A stretch of 34,433 nt of DNA from an uncultured Clostridia bacterium (GTDB lineage: Bacteria > Bacillota > Clostridia > Christensenellales > CAZKXV01): contig CAZKXV010000001.1 in assembly GCA_964556835.1 (NCBI GenBank), forward strand, positions 1 through 34,433. The letters are read 5' to 3'. A program made the position numbers and the translations under genes. The notes beneath the pieces were generated by a model that ran no database searches, was not told where the DNA came from, and saw only the letters and a program-made list of their open reading frames with translations. Of this stretch, positions 1 to 9,882 are shown piece by piece. How positions within the stretch are numbered: the first letter of the stretch is position 1; every line of letters starts with the position of its first letter.

Positions 1-1381
1 GAATGAGATGCTTAACCTATTAGAAAGCGATAATTTCTGCGATTTGGCGGTTAGTCGCTCTTCATTCAAGTGGGGTGTTACCGTTCCATTTGATGAAAAT
101 CATGTTATTTATGTGTGGATTGATGCATTGCCTAATTATATCACTGCACTAGGCTATCTAAGTGATGATGATAGTCTTTTCAAGAGATATTGGCCTTGCG
201 ATGTGCATATGATGGGCAAAGAAATAGTTCGTTTTCATTCTATTATATGGCCTGCATTGCTTATGGCTTTAGGTTTAGATATGCCTAAGAAAGTATATGG
301 TCATGGTTGGTTGTTACTAGGTGATGGCAAGTTGTCTAAGTCAACCGGAAATATCGTTGACCCCGTAGTATTATCTGATAGATATAGTACAGATGCAGTT
401 AGATATTATCTGCTAAGAGAATTGCCTTTCGGAACGGATGGTACTTATACTAATGAGCGGTTTCTCACTAGGATAAATACCGATTTAGCGAATGCTTTAG
501 GTAACCTTGTAAGTCGTACTACCGCTATGATAACTCAATATTTTGGTGGCGAACTTAGAGGCCCTAATGTGACTGAAGATATAGACAACGACTTAATAGA
601 AAATGCTAGCACTATGATGGATGATGTGATCACTAGTATGGATAAATTAAATGCACCTGATGCTCTTAGTAGGATTTGGGACTTGTTGCATAGGGCGAAT
701 AAATATATCGATGAAACTAAGCCGTGGATACTTGGTAAAGATGAGAAACTTATGCCAAGACTGCAAACTGTGCTGTATAATTTGTATGAGTGTATCCGAT
801 TTGCTGGTGTCGCTCTTACTCCGTTCTTGACAGTTACTGCACCTAAGATATTTGAGAAACTTGGGCTTATAGGTAGCGAATATATCACATTTGAAAGTAT
901 AGCTAAGTTTGGTACAGTGCCTAGCGGTTTCAAAGTAATCAAAGGCGAGCCATTATTCCCGAGATATGATATAGCAAAGGAACTGAAAGAAATGTCTGAT
1001 TATATTCTAAACTCAGAAAAAGTTGAACAAAAGGAAGATAAGGCGAATACGGTAGACTTGATAAGCTATGATGACTTTATGAATATCAAGCTAAAAGTTG
1101 CGAAAGTACTAACTGCTGAAAAAGTTGCGAAAGCGGATAAATTGCTTAAGTTGACGCTAGATGTTGCAGGAGTAGCTAGAACCGTTGTTGCGGGTATAGC
1201 TAAGTATTATACAGCTGATGAAATGATAGGAAAAAGCGTTGTTATAGTTAGCAATTTGCAGCCTGTGAAATTAAGAGGCATTATGAGTGAAGGTATGATA
1301 CTTTGCGCAAGTGACGATAAGGATAACCTAGTACTTGTCACCCCAGAGAAGCCTATGCCTAGCGGTAGTGAGGTAAGATAA
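1..1381 (+). CDS. metG: Methionyl-tRNA synthetase, C-terminal part (5' end lies outside the window)
   Basis: The reading frame is open to the window start. The class I aaRS KMSKS-type loop reads KLSKSTGN. An anticodon-binding helical region follows, then a C-terminal ~100 aa Trbp111/EMAP-type tRNA-binding domain (KLLKLTLDVAG..RTVVAGIAKYY..VVIVSNLQPVKLRGIMSEGMIL). Confidence 0.9.
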   Translation, partial: NEMLNLLESDNFCDLAVSRSSFKWGVTVPFDENHVIYVWIDALPNYITALGYLSDDDSLFKRYWPCDVHMMGKEIVRFHSIIWPALLMALGLDMPKKVYGHGWLLLGDGKLSKSTGNIVDPVVLSDRYSTDAVRYYLLRELPFGTDGTYTNERFLTRINTDLANALGNLVSRTTAMITQYFGGELRGPNVTEDIDNDLIENASTMMDDVITSMDKLNAPDALSRIWDLLHRANKYIDETKPWILGKDEKLMPRLQTVLYNLYECIRFAGVALTPFLTVTAPKIFEKLGLIGSEYITFESIAKFGTVPSGFKVIKGEPLFPRYDIAKELKEMSDYILNSEKVEQKEDKANTVDLISYDDFMNIKLKVAKVLTAEKVAKADKLLKLTLDVAGVARTVVAGIAKYYTADEMIGKSVVIVSNLQPVKLRGIMSEGMILCASDDKDNLVLVTPEKPMPSGSEVR

Positions 1382-1384
1382 TTA

Positions 1385-2158
1385 ATGCTAATTGATACTC
1401 ATGCTCATATGAATGATAAGAGGTTAGCACCTCAAGCGGATAGATTAATTAGCGAAATGCATGCAAATGGACTTGAAGCTATTATCAATGTTGGCTATGA
1501 CCTAGAGTCAAGTCAATGGAGTGTGGATTGCGCTAGAGCAAATAATAGAGTTTTCGCAGTTATAGGAATTCATCCACATGATGCAAAGTGTGCAACTAAA
1601 GGTATGTATGATTATTTTGCTAGTGTAGCAGATGACAGCAATGTTATAGCATTTGGAGAAATAGGGCTTGATTATCATTATGACTATTCGCCAAGAGATA
1701 TTCAGAAGCGGGTATTTATTGAGCAATTAGAACTTGCGGATAGCTTGAAACTGCCTGTAGTTATTCATCTTAGAGAAGCCTATCAAGATATGCTTGAAAT
1801 TCTTAAAGAGAATAGGAATATTATACAAAACGGCATAGTTATGCACTGTTATAGCGGTAGTGCTGAAATTGTTGAAAATATGCGTTTTCTAGATTGTTAT
1901 TATTCATTTGGTGGGGCATTGACATTCGCCAAAGGCAAGGATAAAGTGCTTAGTGCAATTCCGAATAACAGAATTATGCTAGAAACAGATTGTCCGTATA
2001 TGACTCCTGTGCCTTATCGTGGCAAAACCAATCAACCGCATTATGTGAAATATGTAGCGGAGAAGATAGCGGAGATGAAAGGCATTAGCTATGAAGAAGT
2101 TGCGAATATCACTACCGAAAATGCGTATGAATTCTTCAATAAAATGACTAGGTATTAA
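1385..2158 (+). CDS. tatD: TatD/YabD-family metal-dependent hydrolase (DNase)
   Basis: Motifs IDTHAHM, GEIGLDYHY, VVIHLREA and ETDCPYMTP are present. The gene starts 3 nt after the metG stop, matching the conserved metG-tatD-rsmA neighbourhood. Confidence 0.85.
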   Translation: MLIDTHAHMNDKRLAPQADRLISEMHANGLEAIINVGYDLESSQWSVDCARANNRVFAVIGIHPHDAKCATKGMYDYFASVADDSNVIAFGEIGLDYHYDYSPRDIQKRVFIEQLELADSLKLPVVIHLREAYQDMLEILKENRNIIQNGIVMHCYSGSAEIVENMRFLDCYYSFGGALTFAKGKDKVLSAIPNNRIMLETDCPYMTPVPYRGKTNQPHYVKYVAEKIAEMKGISYEEVANITTENAYEFFNKMTRY

Positions 2159-2205
2159 GTTGTTAAGGGTAGTCTTTGCGAACTTAGAGAGAAAAATAAA
2201 TATCT

Positions 2206-2233
2206 AAGGGCGCATAAATTATTATGCGCCCTT
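2206..2233 (+). terminator. Perfect 12-bp-stem hairpin downstream of tatD
   Basis: AAGGGCGCATAA-atta-TTATGCGCCCTT. The trailing tract (ATTAATCTT) is only weakly T-rich, so the intrinsic-terminator call is tentative. Confidence 0.45.
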
Positions 2234-2295
2234 ATTAATCTTCTGTATATCATTATCTTTGGTATAGAGATAGAATGTGAATAAAGTGAGAAATT

Positions 2296-3135
2296 ATGAG
2301 TAAATTAAACGACAATTTGAAAATGGCAGGATTTAATTATCGCCACTCTTTAGGACAGAATTTTATTTCTGACTCGAATTTCTTATGTTCAATTGTAAAT
2401 GATAGCGGAATAACTTCAGAGGATATAGTGGTTGAGATTGGTACAGGTGCTGGAACTCTTACAGAGGAATTAGCGAAAGTAGCAAAGAAAGTAATCAGTT
2501 ATGAAATTGATAGCAGGCTGATACCTATTATTCATGAGCGATTAGCTGAATATGATAATGTGGAGATTATTAATAGGGATATATTGCAGGTGCAACCAAG
2601 AGAAATTGCCGAGGTTACGGGCGGAAAATTCAAGATAGTAGCTAATCTACCTTATTATATTACTACTCCTATAATTATGCATTTTATGGAAAGCGAACTA
2701 GATATAGATACTATTACTATTATGGTTCAGAAAGAAGTAGCTTCAAGATTGATTGCTCCTCATAATACCAAAGACTATGGTGCAATTACAGTAGCTGTGC
2801 AAGCTTTTTCAGATGTAAGTGTGTTGAAAAATGTACCACGCACAGTATTTCACCCTATGCCTAATGTGGATAGTGCTATAGTGCAGATTAATGTTAGGCG
2901 GAACAAACTAGATATTTACGACAAGAAAATGTTTCGGAGTATTGTCCGTTCTGCTTTCGCTATGCGTCGAAAAACATATCAGAATAATCTTGTTAAGAGT
3001 TTCAATATTACAAGGGAACAAGCTGTTGACTATTTAGAAAAATTAGGGGTATCCCCACAAATAAGAGGCGAAGCACTCAGCATTGAACAATTTGCTGAGC
3101 TTCAAAATATTATGTATCAGGAGAAGAAATTATGA
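2296..3135 (+). CDS. rsmA: 16S rRNA (adenine1518/1519-N6)-dimethyltransferase
   Basis: N-terminal HSLGQNF, SAM-binding VVEIGTGAGTLT, and NLPYYITTPI motifs are typical of KsgA/RsmA. Length is 279 aa. Confidence 0.9.
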   Translation: MSKLNDNLKMAGFNYRHSLGQNFISDSNFLCSIVNDSGITSEDIVVEIGTGAGTLTEELAKVAKKVISYEIDSRLIPIIHERLAEYDNVEIINRDILQVQPREIAEVTGGKFKIVANLPYYITTPIIMHFMESELDIDTITIMVQKEVASRLIAPHNTKDYGAITVAVQAFSDVSVLKNVPRTVFHPMPNVDSAIVQINVRRNKLDIYDKKMFRSIVRSAFAMRRKTYQNNLVKSFNITREQAVDYLEKLGVSPQIRGEALSIEQFAELQNIMYQEKKL

Positions 3136-4307
3136 GTAGTTTAGGATTAATTAATGGAAGAGTTCTTTCAGGAAGAAAATTTATCAATAATTGTAGTGTG
3201 CTAATTATTAATAATAAAATTGTAGAAATTACTTCTGAAGAAATCAAAGCGGATAGAATTATTGATTGCAAGAATAAGGTTATTGCTAGTGGGTATATAG
3301 ATACTCATACGCACGGCGGTTATTTGTGCGATGTTATGCAGGCGACCAGAGAGAGTATAGATACAATTGCAAGGTATCATCTTGAAACAGGTATTACTAC
3401 CTTCTATCCTACAACACTTACTGCTCCAACTAATAGCTTGATTTTAGCTGTTGATAATATTAGACAAGCTATGATAGATAATTCTTATGCGAGAATTGGC
3501 GGAATTCATCTTGAAGGGCCATATTTCACGCCATATAATGCCGGCGCACAACCACCTAAATATTTGGTTCGCCCGACCATAAGTAATACAAAATTTATTT
3601 TCGAAAATAGCGATATTATCAAGAGAATATCTATTGCCCCCGATGTCGTAGGTATCTCTGAATATGTAGAAAAATTCTCTCAAGCGGGGTTGCAAGTTAG
3701 CGGTGGACACGACAATGCTGTTGCAAGCGAAATATATCCTTGTATAGAAAATGGTATGACAAGCGTAACACATTTATTCAATTGCACTTCTAAAGATACT
3801 AGAAGACCGCTTCCACACAAACAGGCAGGGCTTACAAATATCGGACTTGCCGATGATAGATTGTATGTTGAGATAATAGCAGATAATAGACATACCCCAT
3901 TCCCAGAGTTTACAGTAGCTATGCGGTGTAAGGGAGCAGAGAAGATTGTGCTTGTATCGGATAGTCTTTCCGTGGCGGGTATGGGCAAGATTAAGCACTA
4001 TTTAGGAAAACAAGGTGAGGGTTATGTAATAGAAGTCCTAGATGATGTGGCAATATTGCCCGAACTTAACACTTACGCAGGAAGTGTTACGCCTATCTCA
4101 AAAATGGTTAGATTAATATTATCGAAATATGATTTACCAGCTGAAGATATTATATGTATGGCTACAATTAATCCAGCTACTATGATGGGGTTGAAAGATA
4201 GGGGCGATATCAAGGTCGGAATGCTTGCGGACATTAATATAATGAACGATAAATATGAGATAGAGCAGACAATTCTAAACGGTATGATTATTCCTAATTC
4301 AAAATAA
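3132..4307 (+). CDS. nagA: N-acetylglucosamine-6-phosphate deacetylase-like amidohydrolase
   Basis: Motifs GYIDTHTHGG, GIHLEGPYF, SGGHDNA, THLFNC, IADNRH and LVSDS follow the NagA metal/substrate motif order. The start overlaps the rsmA stop (ATGA). Confidence 0.7.
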   Translation: MSSLGLINGRVLSGRKFINNCSVLIINNKIVEITSEEIKADRIIDCKNKVIASGYIDTHTHGGYLCDVMQATRESIDTIARYHLETGITTFYPTTLTAPTNSLILAVDNIRQAMIDNSYARIGGIHLEGPYFTPYNAGAQPPKYLVRPTISNTKFIFENSDIIKRISIAPDVVGISEYVEKFSQAGLQVSGGHDNAVASEIYPCIENGMTSVTHLFNCTSKDTRRPLPHKQAGLTNIGLADDRLYVEIIADNRHTPFPEFTVAMRCKGAEKIVLVSDSLSVAGMGKIKHYLGKQGEGYVIEVLDDVAILPELNTYAGSVTPISKMVRLILSKYDLPAEDIICMATINPATMMGLKDRGDIKVGMLADINIMNDKYEIEQTILNGMIIPNSK

Positions 4308-4429
4308 ATTATCTAATTAATAGTAATGTATTATATTATTATAAAATAAAAGCATTGTTTTATAGCTAAAAGATATTGATTTTTGAATATATACTTGTAA
4401 TTAGATAATGATAATGATATTATATAGGT

Positions 4430-5650
4430 ATGAATATGCAGTATAGAGAAAATATTAAGAACCATGATAAATTATCGGCATTGGGCTTGGGTTTTATGCG
4501 ATTGCCTAAGAAGGGTAAGAAAATCGATAGAGAAAAATCTATTGAACTTGTTAAGCTTGCATATGAAAGTGGCATCAATTATTATGATACCGCTTATGTT
4601 TATTTAGGCGGAGAAAGTGAGATTATTTTGGGCGAAGCGGTCAAAGATTTCCGTGATAAAATTAAACTTACTAATAAATTACCTATTTTCAGTGTCAATA
4701 AGACAAGTGATTTCGACAAATTCTTCAACACCAGTTTAGATAGAATGCAGACGCATTATATTGATTATTATCTTATGCATGCTGTAAGCACTTATAGACA
4801 ATGGTGCAAGATGAAAGACTTGGGTGTTATTGAGTGGCTTGAGAGCAAGGTGAAGAGTGGTGAGATTATCAATATTGGGTTCTCTTTCCATGGTAGATTA
4901 GAAGATTTTCTTCTAATACTAGAAGACTATCCTTGGGATTTCACACAGATACAATACAATTTCATTGATATTAAATATCAAGCGGGTACTATAGGACTAG
5001 ATAAAGCTTATGAATTAGGTATACCCGTTATCATTATGGAACCACTTAGAGGTGGTATGATAACAGATGGTCAACCTCCAAAAGGCGTTAAAATATGGGA
5101 GAATGCGACCCCTAAGCGTACATTAGCAGATTGGGGACTGAGATGGGTATGGAATCATAAAGCAGTAACAGTTGTGCTTTCTGGTATGTCTACTGAGGAA
5201 ATGATTAAAGAAAATATAGAAACGGTTGCAACTAGCTTGCCCGATTCTTTAACTAAGCAAGAATTAGAATACTATGAAATGGCAAGAACAGAGTTGCAGA
5301 AAGCGAAGGCGATAGGTTGCACTGGTTGTAAGTATTGTATGCCTTGTCCTAAAGGCGTGGATATTCCCGCTTGTTTTATGGCATATAATGCTAAGCACAC
5401 TCTTAAAGTGCCTATGCCTAGAGTAAAATATATTACAGAACTTGGAATGTTGACCGATACCCCACATTGTGCCTCGCTTTGCGTTGAATGTGGACTATGT
5501 GAATCCAAATGCCCACAGAACATAGAAATTAGAAAAGAGTTAAAGAAAGTAAGGAAATCACTTGAATTTCCTTTCTACATACCTTTAATGAATATAGGAA
5601 AGAAAATATTTTATAGACAAAAGGAGAATAAAAATGAAAAAAGAGACTAA
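4430..5650 (+). CDS. Aldo/keto reductase fused to a C-terminal 4Fe-4S ferredoxin-type domain
   Basis: The N-terminal AKR fold is indicated by GLGFMRLP and YYDTAYVY..GESE. The C-terminus carries two Cys clusters (CTGCKYCMPCP and CVECGLCESKCP). The ATG at 4436 is an alternative start. Confidence 0.8.
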   Translation: MNMQYRENIKNHDKLSALGLGFMRLPKKGKKIDREKSIELVKLAYESGINYYDTAYVYLGGESEIILGEAVKDFRDKIKLTNKLPIFSVNKTSDFDKFFNTSLDRMQTHYIDYYLMHAVSTYRQWCKMKDLGVIEWLESKVKSGEIINIGFSFHGRLEDFLLILEDYPWDFTQIQYNFIDIKYQAGTIGLDKAYELGIPVIIMEPLRGGMITDGQPPKGVKIWENATPKRTLADWGLRWVWNHKAVTVVLSGMSTEEMIKENIETVATSLPDSLTKQELEYYEMARTELQKAKAIGCTGCKYCMPCPKGVDIPACFMAYNAKHTLKVPMPRVKYITELGMLTDTPHCASLCVECGLCESKCPQNIEIRKELKKVRKSLEFPFYIPLMNIGKKIFYRQKENKNEKRD

Positions 5651-6887
5651 GAGTTCAGGTATCAAATATATCGTTGACGGAATCACTCATATCATTAAGA
5701 CTTTTGAAAAACGCCCCCCTGGAAGTAAAGGTGAGCGTGATGCGCAGAATTATATGGCTAGCGAATTAGAAAAAACGATGGATAAGGTATGGATAGAGGA
5801 TTTTGATTTGCATCCTTCTGCATTTATGGGTTGGATATATATTACAGTAAGCCTAATCCTTCTTGCTGTAGCTATGTTTTGGGTCAGTAGATTGCTCACA
5901 TTAGTATTTGTGTTGCTTGCACTTGTCCCAATGCTTACTCAGTTAATTTTATACAAAGAGACATTTGATTTCTTATTTAAGAAGGCAACATCTTGTAATG
6001 TCGTTTCTGTCAAAGCACCTAAGGGTGAAGTCAAGAGAAGAATTGTATTAAACGGGCATGCCGATGCCACATGGGAATGGACTTTCTTATACAAATTCGG
6101 TTTCAAGTTTATGGTTGTGGCTTTTGTTCTAGTTTTAATAGGTGCATTATTCTTTATTGGTGTTTCTGTTATTGATTTGATAATAAATGGTGTAGCTTTT
6201 GGTGCTCCAACTGCTACTTTCACTATTATATGGTATTGTGGATTAGTATTTGTTCCTGTATTTCTTGCATTCTTATGGTTTAGCGATGAGAAAACTGTTG
6301 TAGATGGCGCTAACGATAATCTTAGTGGTTGTTATATACCTATGGCGGTTGCAAAAGCGCTTAAAGATGAGAGCATAGAACTTGAGAACACAGAATTAAT
6401 GGTAGTTCTAAGCGGTTCGGAAGAAGCTGGACTTCGTGGTGCCAAAAGATATGCCGCTAAGCATGCCCCTGATATTCTCGCAGATGAGAAAAAAGGTATA
6501 GATACTATTTTCATTCCTGTAGAAACTTTTAGAGAAAAAGAGCATATAAGCGTTATCAAAAGAGACCTTAATATGACTGTTCCTTGTGATTTCCAAGTAA
6601 TGAAATTAATCTGTGATGCAGGTGCGGCACTAGGTTATGATATTCCTAGAGTGAACGCTGAGCTTGGTTCAACTGATGCGGCGGCTTTTACTCAAGCGGG
6701 GTTGAAAGCCACTTGTTTAGTTGGTATGGATCACGAGTTGAAACCTTATTATCATACTAGACGAGATACCTATGATAATTTGTGCGAAGAAACTCTTGGT
6801 ATTGGGCTAGATATCCTTTATGAAACAACCTTGAAGTTCGATAGAGAAGGTTTGTCTGAGTTACCTATTCCAACCTCTAAGAAATAA
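5634..6887 (+). CDS. Membrane-embedded M28-family metallopeptidase
   Basis: M28-like motifs NGHADATW, GANDNLSG, SGSEEAGLRGAK and YHTRRD are present. Several hydrophobic helices lie between the N-terminus and the catalytic core. The gene overlaps the AKR gene by 17 nt. Confidence 0.6.
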   Translation: MKKETKSSGIKYIVDGITHIIKTFEKRPPGSKGERDAQNYMASELEKTMDKVWIEDFDLHPSAFMGWIYITVSLILLAVAMFWVSRLLTLVFVLLALVPMLTQLILYKETFDFLFKKATSCNVVSVKAPKGEVKRRIVLNGHADATWEWTFLYKFGFKFMVVAFVLVLIGALFFIGVSVIDLIINGVAFGAPTATFTIIWYCGLVFVPVFLAFLWFSDEKTVVDGANDNLSGCYIPMAVAKALKDESIELENTELMVVLSGSEEAGLRGAKRYAAKHAPDILADEKKGIDTIFIPVETFREKEHISVIKRDLNMTVPCDFQVMKLICDAGAALGYDIPRVNAELGSTDAAAFTQAGLKATCLVGMDHELKPYYHTRRDTYDNLCEETLGIGLDILYETTLKFDREGLSELPIPTSKK

Positions 6888-6908
6888 TTAAAGGAAAATA
6901 TGATAATT

Positions 6909-6934
6909 AAGGGGCATTTTAGAATGCCCCTTTT
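6909..6934 (+). terminator. Rho-independent terminator after the M28 peptidase gene
   Basis: AAGGGGCATT-ttag-AATGCCCCTT followed by TTTT/TTGAAT. Confidence 0.7.
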
Positions 6935-6966
6935 GAATAAATAAGGCGGAGAATTTATAGGTATAT

Positions 6967-7626
6967 ATGGCAGAAGATTGGGAAAATTTGATAGAAATTG
7001 AGTCGCATAAGGACTACTTTATTAAGCTTAATAAGTTTATTGATGAAGAATACTCATTTTATGATGTATATCCTATGCGTGAAGATATTTATAGAGCTAT
7101 GAGCCTTACTCCATATGACTTGACGAAAGTTGTTATCTTAGGTCAAGACCCATATCATGCTGAGGGGCAAGCGAATGGCTTGGCATTCAGTGTGCCAGAC
7201 GGAATTGAGTTTCCCCCATCACTTAGAAATATCTTCAAAGAGCTAGTTAGCGATATGGGTATAAGCCCACCAATCATAGGAGATTTGTCTTGTTGGGCGA
7301 AGCAGGGAGTATTATTAATCAATGCTACATTAACCGTTCGGATACATTGTCCCAATTCGCATAGCAATTGTGGTTGGGGCAATTTAACGGATAATATTAT
7401 TTCGCATTTATCTAAATGCAAGGAGAATTTAGTATTTATCTTGTGGGGAAAAAATGCAAGGAGTAAGAAGTCCCTAGTTGATACTTCTAAGCACTTAGTA
7501 ATCGAATCCGTTCATCCTAGTCCACTTTCTGCTTATCGTGGTTTTTTCGGCTCAAAACCTTTTAGTCGCACCAATGAATATCTATCTAAATGCGGGAAAG
7601 AGCCTATCGATTGGCAAGTGAAATGA
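6967..7626 (+). CDS. ung: Uracil-DNA glycosylase, family 1
   Basis: Catalytic GQDPYH motif, LLINATLTV, and C-terminal HPSPLSA leucine-loop motif. Confidence 0.9.
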   Translation: MAEDWENLIEIESHKDYFIKLNKFIDEEYSFYDVYPMREDIYRAMSLTPYDLTKVVILGQDPYHAEGQANGLAFSVPDGIEFPPSLRNIFKELVSDMGISPPIIGDLSCWAKQGVLLINATLTVRIHCPNSHSNCGWGNLTDNIISHLSKCKENLVFILWGKNARSKKSLVDTSKHLVIESVHPSPLSAYRGFFGSKPFSRTNEYLSKCGKEPIDWQVK

Positions 7627-7912
7627 TAGCAAAGTAGATAATCCTATATAATTATAGTAGGGCTTTTATGTAAACCAATTAATTGGATGAATAAATTCTA
7701 GTCCAGTGTGCAATATTATTAGATATGCCCTCTTGTAGACAGAATAAACAAAATTAATATTTATGCAGCGAAATATTTGATTATAACCCCAACTATTACA
7801 CTTTTGTATTGATTTTATTGCTTATGCGGTTTGGTATATGGAATAATTATACATTTATACATTTTCATGAATATTTTTTTAACAAAAAAGGGGCTTTGCA
7901 TAGCCTATTAGC

Positions 7913-7941
7913 TTGCAAAAAACAGCATTTTCATATATTAT
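7913..7941 (+). promoter_or_regulatory. Candidate sigma-70-type promoter for dapF-carAB-dapL
   Basis: TTGCAA - 17 nt - TATTAT, about 45 nt upstream of the dapF ATG. Confidence 0.35.
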
Positions 7942-7984
7942 ATAATAGGCAATGTGCTAATGACTTTAATGAGGTATTCGGAAG

Positions 7985-8824
7985 ATGAAATTTACTAAAA
8001 TGCACGGTTGTGGTAATGATTATATATATGTGAACACTATGACCAACAAAATTAATAATCCCTCTGAGGTAAGTAAGGACCTATCTCGTTTTCATTTCGG
8101 TATCGGCTCTGATGGTTTAATCCTTGTTGGTTCTTCAGATATAGCCGATTTTTCTATGCGTATTTTTAATTCTGATGGTTCGGAAGCAGAAATGTGTGGA
8201 AATGGTATCCGTTGCGTTGGCAAGTATGTCTATGACAAGAAATTGACAAAAGAGAAGAATGTATCTATAGAAACTCTTGCAGGCATTAAGACACTTAGAC
8301 TTAATATCGAAAAAGGATGTTGTACTGGTGCTGTTGTGAATATGGGCAAGCCAATATTACACCCGCAACTTATACCTATGTTAGTCAATGGTGAGAGTGT
8401 TGTAAATTACTTAATACAGAGTAAGTTAGGGGATTTCAGAGTAACTGCAGTTTCTATGGGCAATCCTCATTGTGTTATGTTTGTTGATGATGTGGATTTC
8501 GATGATTTCGAAAAAATTGGCGCATATTTAGAGAGCCACCCACTTTTTCCGAATAAGACCAATGTCGAATTTGTTCAAGTGATTGATTCGGAAACTCTTA
8601 AAATGCGAGTTTGGGAGAGAGGCGCAAGCGAAACCTTAGCATGTGGCACAGGTGCTTGTGCTACGCTAGTTGCAGCTATTCTAAATGGCAAAATAAGCGG
8701 TCGTGAAGCTACAGTTAAGTTGAAGGGTGGAGATTTGAAAATTAACTGGACGGATGAAGGGGCTCCAGTATATATGAGTGGTCCTGCAACAACCGTTTTT
8801 GAAGGAGAGGTAGATTGTGAATAA
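7985..8824 (+). CDS. dapF: Diaminopimelate epimerase
   Basis: KMHGCGNDY start. The two catalytic Cys motifs are MCGNGIRC and ACGTGACA. Length is 279 aa. Confidence 0.9.
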   Translation: MKFTKMHGCGNDYIYVNTMTNKINNPSEVSKDLSRFHFGIGSDGLILVGSSDIADFSMRIFNSDGSEAEMCGNGIRCVGKYVYDKKLTKEKNVSIETLAGIKTLRLNIEKGCCTGAVVNMGKPILHPQLIPMLVNGESVVNYLIQSKLGDFRVTAVSMGNPHCVMFVDDVDFDDFEKIGAYLESHPLFPNKTNVEFVQVIDSETLKMRVWERGASETLACGTGACATLVAAILNGKISGREATVKLKGGDLKINWTDEGAPVYMSGPATTVFEGEVDCE

Positions 8825-9881
8825 AGGTTATCTGGTTCTTGAAGATGGGAGCGTGTATGAGGGCAATTTGATTGGCACTTGTGATAGTAGTATTGGAGAA
8901 GTTGTTTTCAATACAAATATGACAGGCTATCAAGAAACCTTGACCGATCCATCATATCTTGGGCAGATTGTTATGATGACTTATCCTTTGATAGGCAATT
9001 ATGGTATCAATAAGGCTTATAACGAATCAGATAGATGTTGGGTCAAAGGGTTCATTGTATCTGAGCTTTGTGAAGTTCCTAGTAATTGGTCTTCCGAAAT
9101 GAGCTTAAATGATTTTCTTATAGAAATGGGTGTAACTGGACTAACCAATGTAGATGTTCGTGCAATAACTAGAAAGACAAGAGAATTTGGTACAATGCGA
9201 GGTATCATTTGTTCGGAAATTCCTGATAAAGAAACCTTAGCTAAAGTTAGCGCATATGAAATAATTGATGCAGTTAAGACCGTAACAACTAATGAAATAT
9301 ATACTGTGAAAGGTGGCGATAAAGGCTCAGTTGCAGTTATTGACTTAGGGGTAAAAAATAATATAATTAATTGTTTATGTAGCTTAGGTTATGATGTGGT
9401 AGTTTATCCTGCCGAAACTTCTGCTAGCACAATTTTAAGTGCAGGGCATAGCGGGCTTATGCTGACTAATGGTCCCGGTGACCCTAAAGAAAATATGACT
9501 GTAATACAAACAATCAAGGAATTACTTGGTAATATTCCTATTTTTGGTATATGTTTAGGACACCAACTAATGGCATTAGCTATGGGCGGGGATACATTTA
9601 AATTAAAGTATGGACACAGAGGTGGCAATCACCCTGTTAAGGATTTGGCTACTGGCACGGTATACCTTACCAGTCAGAATCATGGTTATGCTGTAGCAAA
9701 TAGCAATATAGCAAATGGTACAATTAGACATATTAATCTTAATGACCAGACTGTAGAGGGCGTAAGTTATGAGGACAAATGTGCTTATACGGTACAATTT
9801 CACCCAGAGGCTTGTGCTGGTCCATTAGATGCAAGAGTTTTATTCGACAAGTTCGATATAATGATGACGAAAGGAATTTGA
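8817..9881 (+). CDS. carA: Carbamoyl-phosphate synthase small (glutaminase) subunit
   Basis: GTG start with GGAGAGG upstream, overlapping the dapF stop. LVLEDGSVYEG N-terminus, GICLGHQL catalytic Cys motif, and HGYAV/QFHPE class I glutamine amidotransferase motifs. Confidence 0.9.
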   Translation: MNKGYLVLEDGSVYEGNLIGTCDSSIGEVVFNTNMTGYQETLTDPSYLGQIVMMTYPLIGNYGINKAYNESDRCWVKGFIVSELCEVPSNWSSEMSLNDFLIEMGVTGLTNVDVRAITRKTREFGTMRGIICSEIPDKETLAKVSAYEIIDAVKTVTTNEIYTVKGGDKGSVAVIDLGVKNNIINCLCSLGYDVVVYPAETSASTILSAGHSGLMLTNGPGDPKENMTVIQTIKELLGNIPIFGICLGHQLMALAMGGDTFKLKYGHRGGNHPVKDLATGTVYLTSQNHGYAVANSNIANGTIRHINLNDQTVEGVSYEDKCAYTVQFHPEACAGPLDARVLFDKFDIMMTKGI

Positions 9882-9882
9882 T

